From an uncultured Chitinophagaceae bacterium (GTDB lineage: Bacteria; Bacteroidota; Bacteroidia; Chitinophagales; Chitinophagaceae), in NCBI GenBank assembly GCA_964505195.1, contig CAZDGV010000005.1:17749-81748 (forward strand): a stretch of 64,000 bases of DNA, in the 5' to 3' direction. Under the pieces are notes generated by a model. That model did no database searches, had not been told where the DNA came from, and saw nothing but the letters and a program-made list of their open reading frames with translations. The number at the start of each line of letters is the position of its first letter. Position 1 is the first letter of the stretch. The translations under genes and the position numbers were made by a program. Below are positions 19,402 to 28,123 of the stretch, piece after piece.

Positions 19402-20355
19402 TTGTTTCAAAAAGAAACAACGATAAAACATAAAGTGAACCACACAGAAACTTCATCCAGCACAGAACAAAGCAAATCTTCACCTTTTGTTCAAAAGCGT
19501 AAAGATTATGCGCAGCTGATGAAGTTCACACTGAGTTTCACGGTGGTATTTAGCGCAGTAATTGCATACTTGCTTGCGCCGAATGTGGTGGATTATCATT
19601 TAGGAAGTATTCTCCTTCTTTTTTTGGGAGGAATGCTGGTAACGGGAAGTGCGAATGCAATCAATCAGATTGCAGAAAAAGATACAGACGCAGTGATGCA
19701 ACGCACTGCAAACAGACCGGTGGCGAGCGGAAGAATGAGTGTGAAAGAAGCCAGCGCCTTTGCGCTGATTGCCGGTGTAACAGGCTCTTTGATTTTAGGT
19801 TTGTATTTCAGCGGATATGCGGCCGCCCTGGCATTGCTGAGTTTGTTTATTTATGGGTATGTATATACACCCCTAAAAAAAGTAAACGCAATTGCTGTGT
19901 TGGTGGGTGCCATTCCCGGAGCGCTTCCCTGCCTCATTGGATGGGCAGCAGCTTACAACGAAAATGCTTTTTCGTGGACCGGCGGATGGGTATTGTTTGC
20001 CATGCAGTTTCTCTGGCAATTTCCGCATTTTTGGGCCATTGCATGGGTAGCTCATGGCGACTACAGCAAGGCAGGCTTTAAGCTCCTCCCTTCGCAGCAG
20101 GGTCCTACGAAATTCACCGCCATACAAACCATCATCTATGCATTGCTGATGATTCCGGTAGGCATTTTGCCCTATCTCATTGGAATGAGCGGAATGATTA
20201 GCATGTGGGTTGTATTGCTGGCCAACATTTTTATGGTGGTTCAGTGTGTACGACTTTATTACAGCATGGATGTAAAAGCTGCAAGACGAGTAATGTTTAG
20301 CAGCTATTTATATCTGCCGATTGTTTTACTGGCATTATTGGCAGATAAATTATAA
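19402..20355 (+). CDS. cyoE: Protohaem IX farnesyltransferase (haem O synthase)
   Basis: 317 aa UbiA-family polytopic protein with GSANAINQIAEKDTDAVMQRTANRP (prenyltransferase Asp-rich motif). The track start at 19402 is a TTG. A GTG at 19435 is an alternative, so the start is uncertain. Confidence 0.85.
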   Translation: MFQKETTIKHKVNHTETSSSTEQSKSSPFVQKRKDYAQLMKFTLSFTVVFSAVIAYLLAPNVVDYHLGSILLLFLGGMLVTGSANAINQIAEKDTDAVMQRTANRPVASGRMSVKEASAFALIAGVTGSLILGLYFSGYAAALALLSLFIYGYVYTPLKKVNAIAVLVGAIPGALPCLIGWAAAYNENAFSWTGGWVLFAMQFLWQFPHFWAIAWVAHGDYSKAGFKLLPSQQGPTKFTAIQTIIYALLMIPVGILPYLIGMSGMISMWVVLLANIFMVVQCVRLYYSMDVKAARRVMFSSYLYLPIVLLALLADKL

Positions 20356-20367
20356 AGAAAGAATTGG

Positions 20368-20934
20368 ATGCAACAGGCAATGACAGAGCGTAATAATAAG
20401 ATGCACCCTCACAAATTCACTTTGTGGGTAGCAATCGGCAGTATCGTAATGATGTTTGCTGGTTTTACCAGTGCCTATATTGTAAAGAGCAATCAGGCCA
20501 ACTGGCAACCTGTGCAGATGCCTGTTATTTTTTATGCATCTACCGCCCTGATACTTGCTAGCAGCGTTACCATGCAAATTGCGCTGCGCGCTTTTAAAGA
20601 AAGGGAAATGTCGCGCTATCGTACCATGATGGCATTTACATTGCTCCTCGGCATTTCATTTATTGTTATTCAAAGCATGGGCTTTGCGGAATTATGGTCA
20701 ACCAATATCACATTCCGCGAAAGCATTGCGGGCTCTTTTTTCTATATTATCACAGGTATGCACGCACTGCATGTGTTAGGAGGAGTGATTGCCTTGCTGG
20801 TGATATTTTTCAGAGTGTATCATCGCAACACACGCTATTATAGCGCAGTACCGGTGGAAGTAGTGAGTACATACTGGCATTTTGTTGACATACTTTGGTT
20901 GTATTTGTTTGTCTTCTTTATGCTGGTATCATAA
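20368..20934 (+). CDS. Cytochrome c oxidase subunit III-like protein (short form)
   Basis: 188 aa, 5 TM helices. C-terminal STYWHFVDILWLYLFVF is the conserved subunit III motif (YWHFVD..W). Confidence 0.8.
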   Translation: MQQAMTERNNKMHPHKFTLWVAIGSIVMMFAGFTSAYIVKSNQANWQPVQMPVIFYASTALILASSVTMQIALRAFKEREMSRYRTMMAFTLLLGISFIVIQSMGFAELWSTNITFRESIAGSFFYIITGMHALHVLGGVIALLVIFFRVYHRNTRYYSAVPVEVVSTYWHFVDILWLYLFVFFMLVS

Positions 20935-20967
20935 ATAATTATTGAAGAATCTATAAATCGTCAATAC

Positions 20968-21642
20968 ATGGAACAAGCAGTACCTGCAGGTCATAAATGG
21001 TGGGGGGGAGGAAAAAGTCCCTTCAACGTTGAGTATGGAAAGCTGATGATGTGGTATTTCCTTATGAGCGATGCCTTTACTTTTGGTGCGTTTCTCATTT
21101 CGTACGGAACGATCCGTTTTTCAAGCAATTCATGGCCTGACCCCAATGAAGTTTTCAACTCATTTCCCGGTTTGGAAGGTATGAACCTGCCATTGGCTTT
21201 TGTGAGTTTGATGACTTTTATTCTGATTGTAAGTTCTGTTACCATGGTGCTTGCAGTGCATGAGGGACATCACAACAATCGCAAAGGCGTTCAGAAATGG
21301 CTTGCATGGACGATTGTGGGAGGTATTGCTTTCTTAGCCTGTCAGGCTTGGGAGTGGACGCACCTTCACCATCAGGGTGCATGGTGGGGCCGCAACCCTT
21401 TCCCTAATGCTGATGGCACCGTAGCGCATACCGGCTTCGCTAATTACTTTTTTACCATTACCGGATTTCATGGCTTTCACGTATTATCGGGTGTTGTCAT
21501 AAACATCATCGCATATATCATGACCCTTCAGGGTGTGTTTGAGCGTCGTGGACATTATCTCATGATTGAAAAAGTGGGTTTGTACTGGCACTTTGTGGAT
21601 CTGGTTTGGGTGTTTGTATTTCTTTGCTTTTATCTTATTTGA
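20968..21642 (+). CDS. Cytochrome c oxidase subunit III
   Basis: 224 aa. Carries LYWHFVDLVWVFVFL and TGFHGFHVLSG motifs. Confidence 0.85.
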   Translation: MEQAVPAGHKWWGGGKSPFNVEYGKLMMWYFLMSDAFTFGAFLISYGTIRFSSNSWPDPNEVFNSFPGLEGMNLPLAFVSLMTFILIVSSVTMVLAVHEGHHNNRKGVQKWLAWTIVGGIAFLACQAWEWTHLHHQGAWWGRNPFPNADGTVAHTGFANYFFTITGFHGFHVLSGVVINIIAYIMTLQGVFERRGHYLMIEKVGLYWHFVDLVWVFVFLCFYLI

Positions 21643-21670
21643 TCAATCAATATTTTAACGCATCAACAAT

Positions 21671-22093
21671 ATGGAACAACATAATAGTTTATCTGAAGTT
21701 AGTTTTCACCACGAACCGGCACAGGACAGCGTGAAGCGCATCATTCGCACTACAGTGATCCTTTCCGTGATTACCATCATTGAATTGGCGCTCGGCTTCT
21801 GGATTTATGAAATTCATAAAGGCGCACATCCCAGTGCAGGATTGGTATTGGGTATTAAGGGTGTAATTATTATTCTTTCTTTGGCAAAAGCGTTTTATAT
21901 CGTTTCCATTTTTATGCACCTGGGTGATGAGATTCGTAATCTTATTATGACCATTGTGGTTCCCCTTTTGCTTTTCGTTTGGTTTATCATCGCCTTTCTG
22001 GCCGATGGTAACTCTTGGAAGAATTTGCGCAACGAATACAAGCCCAAAGATGCCGTTAAGCAGGAGCAAACTCCGCACGGCGGCGGACACTGA
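21671..22093 (+). CDS. Cytochrome c oxidase subunit IV family small membrane protein
   Basis: 140 aa with three hydrophobic helices. Lies directly after the subunit III genes. The assignment rests on position and topology only. Confidence 0.6.
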   Translation: MEQHNSLSEVSFHHEPAQDSVKRIIRTTVILSVITIIELALGFWIYEIHKGAHPSAGLVLGIKGVIIILSLAKAFYIVSIFMHLGDEIRNLIMTIVVPLLLFVWFIIAFLADGNSWKNLRNEYKPKDAVKQEQTPHGGGH

Positions 22094-22117
22094 GCAAGAA
22101 TTTTTTTAACTATCAGT

Positions 22118-22161
22118 ATCCCGACCCCCGGTATAATGCCACGGATCGGGATGCTTTTTTT
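22118..22161 (+). terminator. Possible intrinsic terminator after the oxidase structural genes
   Basis: ATCCCGA (22118-22124) pairs with TCGGGAT (22146-22152), followed by GC and a run of 7 T. The 21-nt loop is large, so this is a weak call. Confidence 0.4.
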
Positions 22162-22184
22162 AAACAGCGGTAGAAAGATTGTAT

Positions 22185-22883
22185 ATGAGTAAGAATGCTG
22201 TTTTAGGATTGATACTGGTGGCGGCGCTTCCCCTCACTGCCTATCTGATTGTGAAAACACTCAGTGAGAAAAACGTGGACATGCCACGTCGCTATTTTTA
22301 TGATTCGGTAGTTGAGAAAACAGAGAAGGGAAAGTTGATCAACGATACTGCCTGGCATAAAATTTCCAATTTTAAACTTGTCAACCAACTCGGCGATACC
22401 ATTAAAGCCGATCAGCTGAAAGGAAAGATACTTGTGGTAGATTTCTTTTTCACCCGCTGTCCTAATCCCTGCCCAACGCTTACGCGCAACATGAAAAAAA
22501 TGCAGGATTCTTATTTGAACAGTGATTCGCTAGTACAGTTTATTTCAATCACTGTGGATCCGGAGCGCGATAGTGTTGCAGCGTTAAAAAATTATGCTGA
22601 TCGGTATCGCGTACGACATCATAACTGGTGGTTTCTTACGGGGAATAAAAAGGAAATTTACGACCTAGCATATCAGGAATTTAAAAGTGCCGTGATTGAC
22701 GGAAAAGAAGTGGATACTGCTTTTTTGCATACCGATAAATTTTATCTGCTCGATAAGTCGCGTGTAATACGTGGTTGGTACACAGGCACCGATGATGCAG
22801 CCCTTGCAAAGCTTGCCAAAGACATCGGCTTGCTGATTTTGGAAAAAGACAAAAAGAAAAAAAGAAATCTCTTCAGAAAATAA
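22185..22883 (+). CDS. SCO1/SenC family copper chaperone / thiol-disulfide oxidoreductase (oxidase assembly)
   Basis: Thioredoxin-fold CxxxC motif FFFTRCPNPCPT, an N-terminal anchor helix, and a downstream H (FLHTDKFYLLD). I prefer ATG 22185 over the track TTG at 22179. Confidence 0.85.
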   Translation: MSKNAVLGLILVAALPLTAYLIVKTLSEKNVDMPRRYFYDSVVEKTEKGKLINDTAWHKISNFKLVNQLGDTIKADQLKGKILVVDFFFTRCPNPCPTLTRNMKKMQDSYLNSDSLVQFISITVDPERDSVAALKNYADRYRVRHHNWWFLTGNKKEIYDLAYQEFKSAVIDGKEVDTAFLHTDKFYLLDKSRVIRGWYTGTDDAALAKLAKDIGLLILEKDKKKKRNLFRK

Positions 22884-22889
22884 AATACA

Positions 22890-23432
22890 ATGATCAATCC
22901 GATAATTAAAAAAAACGATAAGCTGGCTGCATGGTTAATTGGAGCCGTATCAGTAGTGGTTTTTGTTGTTGTAGTGATACTTGGCAGAGTGAAAGTAGAG
23001 GTAGACCTGGGCTTCGATAAACATGTGTTCGCGAAGATCAATGCCATGATTAATTCAGCAGTTGCGGTATTGTTGCTGTTGGGACTTTGGTTTGCAAAAA
23101 GTAAAAAATACCTGCAGCACAAGCGTATGATGATGCTCGCGATCCTGCTTTCCGTCGGGTTTCTTCTATCTTATATCTGCCACCATTTATTTACCGGCGA
23201 AACAACCTTTGGCGGAGAGGGTGCGATCAGAATCGTTTACTATACCATCTTGATATCGCATATCTTTTTAGCGGGTGTCATACTTCCGTTCATTCTGTTT
23301 ACTGCCTATCGTGCTTTAACGGCAGAGTGGCCGCTGCACCGCCGTTTAGCAAAATATACCTGGCCCTTGTGGTTTTATGTAGCAGTAACGGGTGTGGTTG
23401 TATATTGGATGATCAGTCCTTATTATCAGTAA
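22890..23432 (+). CDS. DUF420 family membrane protein (CtaM-like oxidase accessory factor)
   Basis: 180 aa with 4 TM helices. The conserved pattern HH.F...T...G...Y..IL.SH fits DUF420, and the gene sits next to SCO1 at the end of the oxidase cluster. Confidence 0.65.
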   Translation: MINPIIKKNDKLAAWLIGAVSVVVFVVVVILGRVKVEVDLGFDKHVFAKINAMINSAVAVLLLLGLWFAKSKKYLQHKRMMMLAILLSVGFLLSYICHHLFTGETTFGGEGAIRIVYYTILISHIFLAGVILPFILFTAYRALTAEWPLHRRLAKYTWPLWFYVAVTGVVVYWMISPYYQ

Positions 23433-23443
23433 GGCATAGCATG

Positions 23444-23827
23444 TTATAGTGCTATTTCTGTGGCCGGATCCCAAAAAAGATTTTTAAAATCTACTACGGT
23501 ATCTTTTTCAATTTTCACGCCATCTTTTTCTAGTAATTCCTGCATGCGTGTGGGAGTTTCAAAATGATGTTTTCCCGTAAGCATACCGTTTCGGTTTACG
23601 ACTCTTTGAGCAGGTACCGCAGGTGTTGCATGGTGTGATGCATTCATGGCCCAGCCCACCATGCGTGCCGAAAGCTTGGTTCCCAAATATGCAGCAATCG
23701 CACCATAGGTGCTTACCCTTCCTTTCGGTATTTGACGAACAATGTCGTAAACATCCGTGAAAAAGTGATACGCTTTCGGATCAGATGAATCTTTAGTCTG
23801 CAGTTTTTTGGGATGCTTTTTTCTCAT
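23444..23827 (-). CDS. MGMT-family DNA-binding domain protein lacking the acceptor cysteine (alkyltransferase-like, ATL-type)
   Basis: FFTDVYDIVRQIPKGRVSTYGAIAAYLG...MVGWAM...VPAQRVVNRNG. The canonical PCHRV active site reads PAQRV here. I prefer the start at ATG 23827 (MRKKHPKK...). The track ORF extends to 23974 across the upstream gene. Confidence 0.75.
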   Translation of the reverse strand: MRKKHPKKLQTKDSSDPKAYHFFTDVYDIVRQIPKGRVSTYGAIAAYLGTKLSARMVGWAMNASHHATPAVPAQRVVNRNGMLTGKHHFETPTRMQELLEKDGVKIEKDTVVDFKNLFWDPATEIAL

Positions 23828-24008
23828 GTTCCCTTTTTTCTTGCAGCAGCAATTTACGTCTTGCCGGCGGAACATTTTCAAAATCGAAAGGGCAGTGCCT
23901 GCAGCCGTGTCCGCAGCAATAACCGCGCGCTTCGTGGTAGGCTGCCGTAAGTACAATGCAACCTTTGGCATCATAATAGTAATCCAATCCTTCTACTAGT
24001 TTCTTCAT
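23793..24008 (-). CDS. Small Cys-rich protein (DUF5522-like, YCCGHGCRHCPF motif)
   Basis: 71 aa, MKKLVEGLDYYYDAKGCIVLTAAYHEARGYCCGHGCRHCPF..., with a basic tail. Its 3' end overlaps the ATL start by 35 nt in another frame. Confidence 0.6.
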   Translation of the reverse strand: MKKLVEGLDYYYDAKGCIVLTAAYHEARGYCCGHGCRHCPFDFENVPPARRKLLLQEKREHEKKASQKTAD

Positions 24009-24104
24009 GTAAGTTCCCCGAGGGGTTAAAGAAGTCTAATTTAAAGGGAATAACCTCTTTACGGTTATTTTGTTGAATGCAATATCCCGAAATGGTTGTT
24101 CTGA

Positions 24105-24812
24105 TTAGACCTTTTCCTTTTCAAATACCATTTCCTTCAGTTGGGAATCTTTTTCTTCCGAAAGGGCTAGCGCCGGTAATTGAAAACAGAGGTAGTGAAT
24201 TCGGTTGCTTCCGGCAATATCTAGTGCTTCATAATGTGTTTTTATTTTCAGCTCTTCTGAAATGCATGACTGACTATAAACATCATCCATGTCTGCAACC
24301 AGTGGAAGCTGATATAGCTCAATAACAAGTTTGGTAAAGCGATAGAGCACCGGTGAGTCGGTTTTAAGATGAATACGTCCGTCGGCTTGGAGAAAACGCT
24401 GGTACTTTCTTAAAAAATTCGGGTGGGTCAGTCTCTTGCGCAATCTGGAACTGCGTAATTGCGGATCAGGGAAAGTAAGCCAAATTTCAGCTACCTCATT
24501 TTTTTCGAAGTATCCATCAATGCGGTCGATCTGCGTACGCAGAAAACCAATATTCGATCGGTTTTCTTTCAAAGACGTTTTGGCGCCTACCCAAATTCTG
24601 TTGCCTTTTACATCAACACCAATAAAATTTCGTTCGGGATAAAGTCGCCCCAGTCCTAAAGCATATTCTCCTTTTCCGCAGGCAAGCTCAAGTGTAATGG
24701 GTGAGCTGTTATTAAAAAATTGATGCCATTTCCCAGCCATGTTTTCAGGGTACTGCAGCACATTGGGAAAGGTTTCGATTTCGGCAAAACGTATCAGTTT
24801 TTTTTGTCCCAT
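24105..24812 (-). CDS. trmB: tRNA (guanine46-N7)-methyltransferase
   Basis: MGQKKLIRFAEIETFPNVLQ..., the SAM-binding LELACGKGEY motif, and FPDPQLR (the FPDPW/H-type TrmB motif). I prefer ATG 24812 over the track TTG at 24821. Confidence 0.85.
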   Translation of the reverse strand: MGQKKLIRFAEIETFPNVLQYPENMAGKWHQFFNNSSPITLELACGKGEYALGLGRLYPERNFIGVDVKGNRIWVGAKTSLKENRSNIGFLRTQIDRIDGYFEKNEVAEIWLTFPDPQLRSSRLRKRLTHPNFLRKYQRFLQADGRIHLKTDSPVLYRFTKLVIELYQLPLVADMDDVYSQSCISEELKIKTHYEALDIAGSNRIHYLCFQLPALALSEEKDSQLKEMVFEKEKV

Positions 24813-24864
24813 GGCCGACAAAGGTACTAATCAGTGAACACTTTCAACAGTGTTAGCATTGTTC

Positions 24865-25995
24865 TTATTGTGCAGCCGTATCTTGAATGCTTATCCGTAT
24901 GCTATGGCGCGGATGTGTTTGCGGCGCAGTAACTGCATTCAATACTTCCCAGGATAGTTCCAGCTGATTCAGGCGCTTCAAAGTTTTTACTTCAATAAAA
25001 TTTTCGCTGCCGGGTTGCAGTGTTATCAAATCACCACTTGTATGCAGTCGGTATGAAGATTTATTTTGAAGCATGAAAGGCATACTACTGCGGTTTTCAA
25101 TTTGTACGCGCAACACATCTGATTTTCCAATATAATTTATCTGCCTTATTTGAATGGAGGCCTCTATTATCGGCATAAGCTCGGCAGGTCTTCCAATCAG
25201 CATGTCTTTAAAGTAAACAACCGTTTTTTTATTAAACAGTGCTTCTCGAATTGCTTCCTCACTGTGTTCTTTGGCAAGCACAAGCGTAATAGGACGATGG
25301 CCTCCTTTGGGGATACCAAATTCCCAATCGATTAACCCGTGAATATCACTCGTACCCATGAGTGTTAGGTTATGGTCGAGTGCAATTTGTAAGGCTTCAT
25401 CGGAGTAGGTATGTTCGTTTACAATTTCAATACCGTGAAGTAGCTTTTGAGCAATTAAACTTCGGTGAAAATCGGTGAGGGTTGCTACGCCATCGCGCCG
25501 CTGACTAATCCAATGCGGGTGATTCCAAAAAACAAAGGCACCCTGTTCTTTTGCTTTTTGAAATACTTCCAGTGAATCTTTTACCAAGAGCAGATTGGCA
25601 TCTTTAATAAAAATGGCATTGCAATGTCCCGGTGGCATACGACGCGTTATTTCGGAGCCATGTACTATGAGCAGTTGATGATCTTTCGCTTCTTTTTTTG
25701 CAAGCTCAAAACTGCGATTGCGATCTGGATGCGGTATATCATCTTTATGCGGCTGATATTCCAGGTGTTCAGTTAGTGAAATTACATCCAGGCTATCCAT
25801 TAAGGCTTCCATCACCCGAATGTCGGGCCACACACTGCCATCGGAAAAAATAGTATGCTGGTGTAAATCACATTTTAGGGTTTTGTAACCGGCAATATCA
25901 GGAAAGCGAATTGCCCGGCCCATAGCGTGAGTATGTGATTGTGCACTACCGACGTATGTCAACAAACAAAATAAGGCAGTGAGGAAGGGTTTCAT
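24865..25995 (-). CDS. PHP-domain metallophosphoesterase, secreted
   Basis: 376 aa. Signal peptide ending VGSAQS. CDLHQHTIFSDGSVWP (PHP His motif), with NAIF and GTSDIHG segments. Confidence 0.7.
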   Translation of the reverse strand: MKPFLTALFCLLTYVGSAQSHTHAMGRAIRFPDIAGYKTLKCDLHQHTIFSDGSVWPDIRVMEALMDSLDVISLTEHLEYQPHKDDIPHPDRNRSFELAKKEAKDHQLLIVHGSEITRRMPPGHCNAIFIKDANLLLVKDSLEVFQKAKEQGAFVFWNHPHWISQRRDGVATLTDFHRSLIAQKLLHGIEIVNEHTYSDEALQIALDHNLTLMGTSDIHGLIDWEFGIPKGGHRPITLVLAKEHSEEAIREALFNKKTVVYFKDMLIGRPAELMPIIEASIQIRQINYIGKSDVLRVQIENRSSMPFMLQNKSSYRLHTSGDLITLQPGSENFIEVKTLKRLNQLELSWEVLNAVTAPQTHPRHSIRISIQDTAAQ

Positions 25996-26179
25996 GTTGG
26001 GTATTTAATGGTGAAAAGCTAAGAACTATAAGTAACCTGAGTATTAATTTAAATTGAAATGCACCAATTCGGATTAAAGCAAGCGTTGTATATTTTATTT
26101 GATAATTCGATAATCCATTGAAGTTATTTAATAATATTGTGTAATTCTTTCAATTCGTCAAAAAAATGAACCCTAATTC

Positions 26180-26650
26180 ATGAAATTAAATCTCGATAAG
26201 CTTGATCTTCAAATCATCACTGCCATGATGGAAGATGCTCAGATCTCATATGCTGATCTGGGAAAAAAACTATTTGTATCGGGCGGTACCATTCATGTGC
26301 GCATGAAAAAACTGCAGGAGCATGGCATTGTTAAAGGCACTAAGCTTCATGTAGATTTGAAGGCCCTGGGATATGATATCACTGCATTCGTGGGGATATA
26401 TCTTGAAAAAAGTTCGCTATATGATGCAGTGGCAAAAGAGCTTCAAAAGATTCCGGAAATCGTTCGACTCAACTATACCACCGGTAACTATAGCATGTTT
26501 ATTGAAATTGTAAGCAAAGACATGAATCAACTCCGTTTTGTGCTACACGATACGCTTCAAAAAATCAAAGGCATCGAGCGCACGGAAACCTTTATTTCAT
26601 TGGAAGAAAGCTTTCACCGTAATGTGCAGGTGCATACTGCCGTTGACTGA
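26180..26650 (+). CDS. Lrp/AsnC family transcriptional regulator
   Basis: 156 aa. N-terminal HTH LDLQIITAMMEDAQISYADLGKKLFVSGGTIHVRMKKLQEHGIV and a C-terminal RAM-like domain. Confidence 0.9.
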   Translation: MKLNLDKLDLQIITAMMEDAQISYADLGKKLFVSGGTIHVRMKKLQEHGIVKGTKLHVDLKALGYDITAFVGIYLEKSSLYDAVAKELQKIPEIVRLNYTTGNYSMFIEIVSKDMNQLRFVLHDTLQKIKGIERTETFISLEESFHRNVQVHTAVD

Positions 26651-26660
26651 TCCGTTTTAC

Positions 26661-28094
26661 ATGCGTAATATTTCCAGATTATTTAGTTCCCTTTTTTTAC
26701 TACTGCTGCTGAATCTTTTTGTGAAGCCGTTGTGGATACTGGGTATCGACCGAAAAGTTCAGTTGCTGACAGGCGCAACCACTTACGGACAATATTTTGC
26801 TGCATTCAATTTCGTATTCATTTTCAGCATCATTGCCGATCTAGGTATAACGGAATACATTCGACGAAAGATTGCCTATCGTAAAGGCCTTGATATGCAT
26901 ACGTTTTCGAGGCTGATGCAGATTAAGCTGCTTTTGAGTGCATTGATGGCAGTTGTGATTTTCTCTCTTGGAATTTTATCGGGTATTACAGATTTGTGGA
27001 TGCTTACGGGCTTATGCTTACTCCAGCTTTTTTTGAGTTGGATCGGTGCCTGCCGCGCCATCCTTAGTGGCTTACAACTTTTTCAGGTAGATGCATGGCT
27101 GAGTGTAGCGGATAAACTATTATTGGTTGTAGGCGGCATGACTGCGCTTTACTTATTGCATATTGTACAAATAAATATTCATACTTTTTTATTGGCACAG
27201 CTTGCTACTGCCGGTTTTACATTGATGATTGCTCTTTGGTTTGTATTCCGAAATATTCAACATAACACTGACATTTCTTCTCCTTTTCGGTATACCGATG
27301 TGTTTTCTGAAGTGTTTCCATTTGCTGTTTTGTTTTTTGCGATGAGTATGCATTTTCGTGCAGACGGATTTTTACTTTCATTGTTTGGAAATAATGCTGC
27401 TGTTGCGGGCAGCTATGCTACCATGTATCGTTTTCTTGATGCTGCACACGTGGCTGCTACATTGGTCGGCGGATACCTGGTTGCGTTTTGGTCGCGGCAT
27501 ATAACAGATACTTCTTTACTCCGCACATCGATGAATGGCGTCTTGCGTGCAATGATATCTGTAGCAATAGGCATTATTGTTTTATTATTGTTTCATGCTG
27601 AAGCAGTTTATCAGTTTTTTTATCATGAAAGCAATCCAGATAACGCCACCTTACTGCGCTGGGGGTTACTGGCTTTGATTCCCTATTTTATCGTCTCTGT
27701 AATCGGAAGCATGTTAACTGCAAAAGGTGATTTGAAACAATTTATTTATTTTGTTTTGATAGCTGCTATTGTTAATCTGGTGTTGAACATCCTCCTCATT
27801 CCTTACTATGGTGCAATCGCATCGGTATGGATTGCTAATTTTAGTCACTCGTTGCTGGCAATACTCCTCCTTTTATTTGCATATAAAAAATACAAGCTAT
27901 CTGTTTCCGGAACCAGCTGGTTTCGCCTAGGGTGCTTAGGTTTTTTGATAATGATCGCAGCCTACTTTTTACAGGAATCCTCACTTCATTTAATGTGGCA
28001 GGCGCTCTTACTTTTCGGATCATGGCTTGTGGGTATAATCCTTCTGCGCCTTATGCCATCCTTATGGCAGTTGCAGCTACAGCGTGAAAAATAA
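26661..28094 (+). CDS. Polysaccharide/oligosaccharide flippase (Wzx-like, MOP superfamily)
   Basis: About 477 aa with more than 10 TM helices and Wzx-like hydrophobic periodicity. I prefer the start at ATG 26661 (MRNISRLFSSLF...). The track start at 26538 overlaps the Lrp gene. Confidence 0.65.
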   Translation: MRNISRLFSSLFLLLLLNLFVKPLWILGIDRKVQLLTGATTYGQYFAAFNFVFIFSIIADLGITEYIRRKIAYRKGLDMHTFSRLMQIKLLLSALMAVVIFSLGILSGITDLWMLTGLCLLQLFLSWIGACRAILSGLQLFQVDAWLSVADKLLLVVGGMTALYLLHIVQINIHTFLLAQLATAGFTLMIALWFVFRNIQHNTDISSPFRYTDVFSEVFPFAVLFFAMSMHFRADGFLLSLFGNNAAVAGSYATMYRFLDAAHVAATLVGGYLVAFWSRHITDTSLLRTSMNGVLRAMISVAIGIIVLLLFHAEAVYQFFYHESNPDNATLLRWGLLALIPYFIVSVIGSMLTAKGDLKQFIYFVLIAAIVNLVLNILLIPYYGAIASVWIANFSHSLLAILLLLFAYKKYKLSVSGTSWFRLGCLGFLIMIAAYFLQESSLHLMWQALLLFGSWLVGIILLRLMPSLWQLQLQREK

Positions 28095-28123
28095 TTGTAC
28101 TTTCGAAAGCATAAATATTTTGT

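Noticed and set aside
24009-24104. Hairpin AATAACC-N7-GGTTATT between trmB and the Cys-rich gene
   Set aside because: On the minus strand, which is the transcribed one, no U tract follows. If it is a terminator at all it is a weak one, so it is not listed as a feature.
26538-26660. Track start of the flippase ORF overlapping the last 113 nt of the Lrp gene
   Set aside because: The overlapped part is basic and non-hydrophobic, whereas the membrane protein clearly begins at ATG 26661. There is no evidence for a real overlap.
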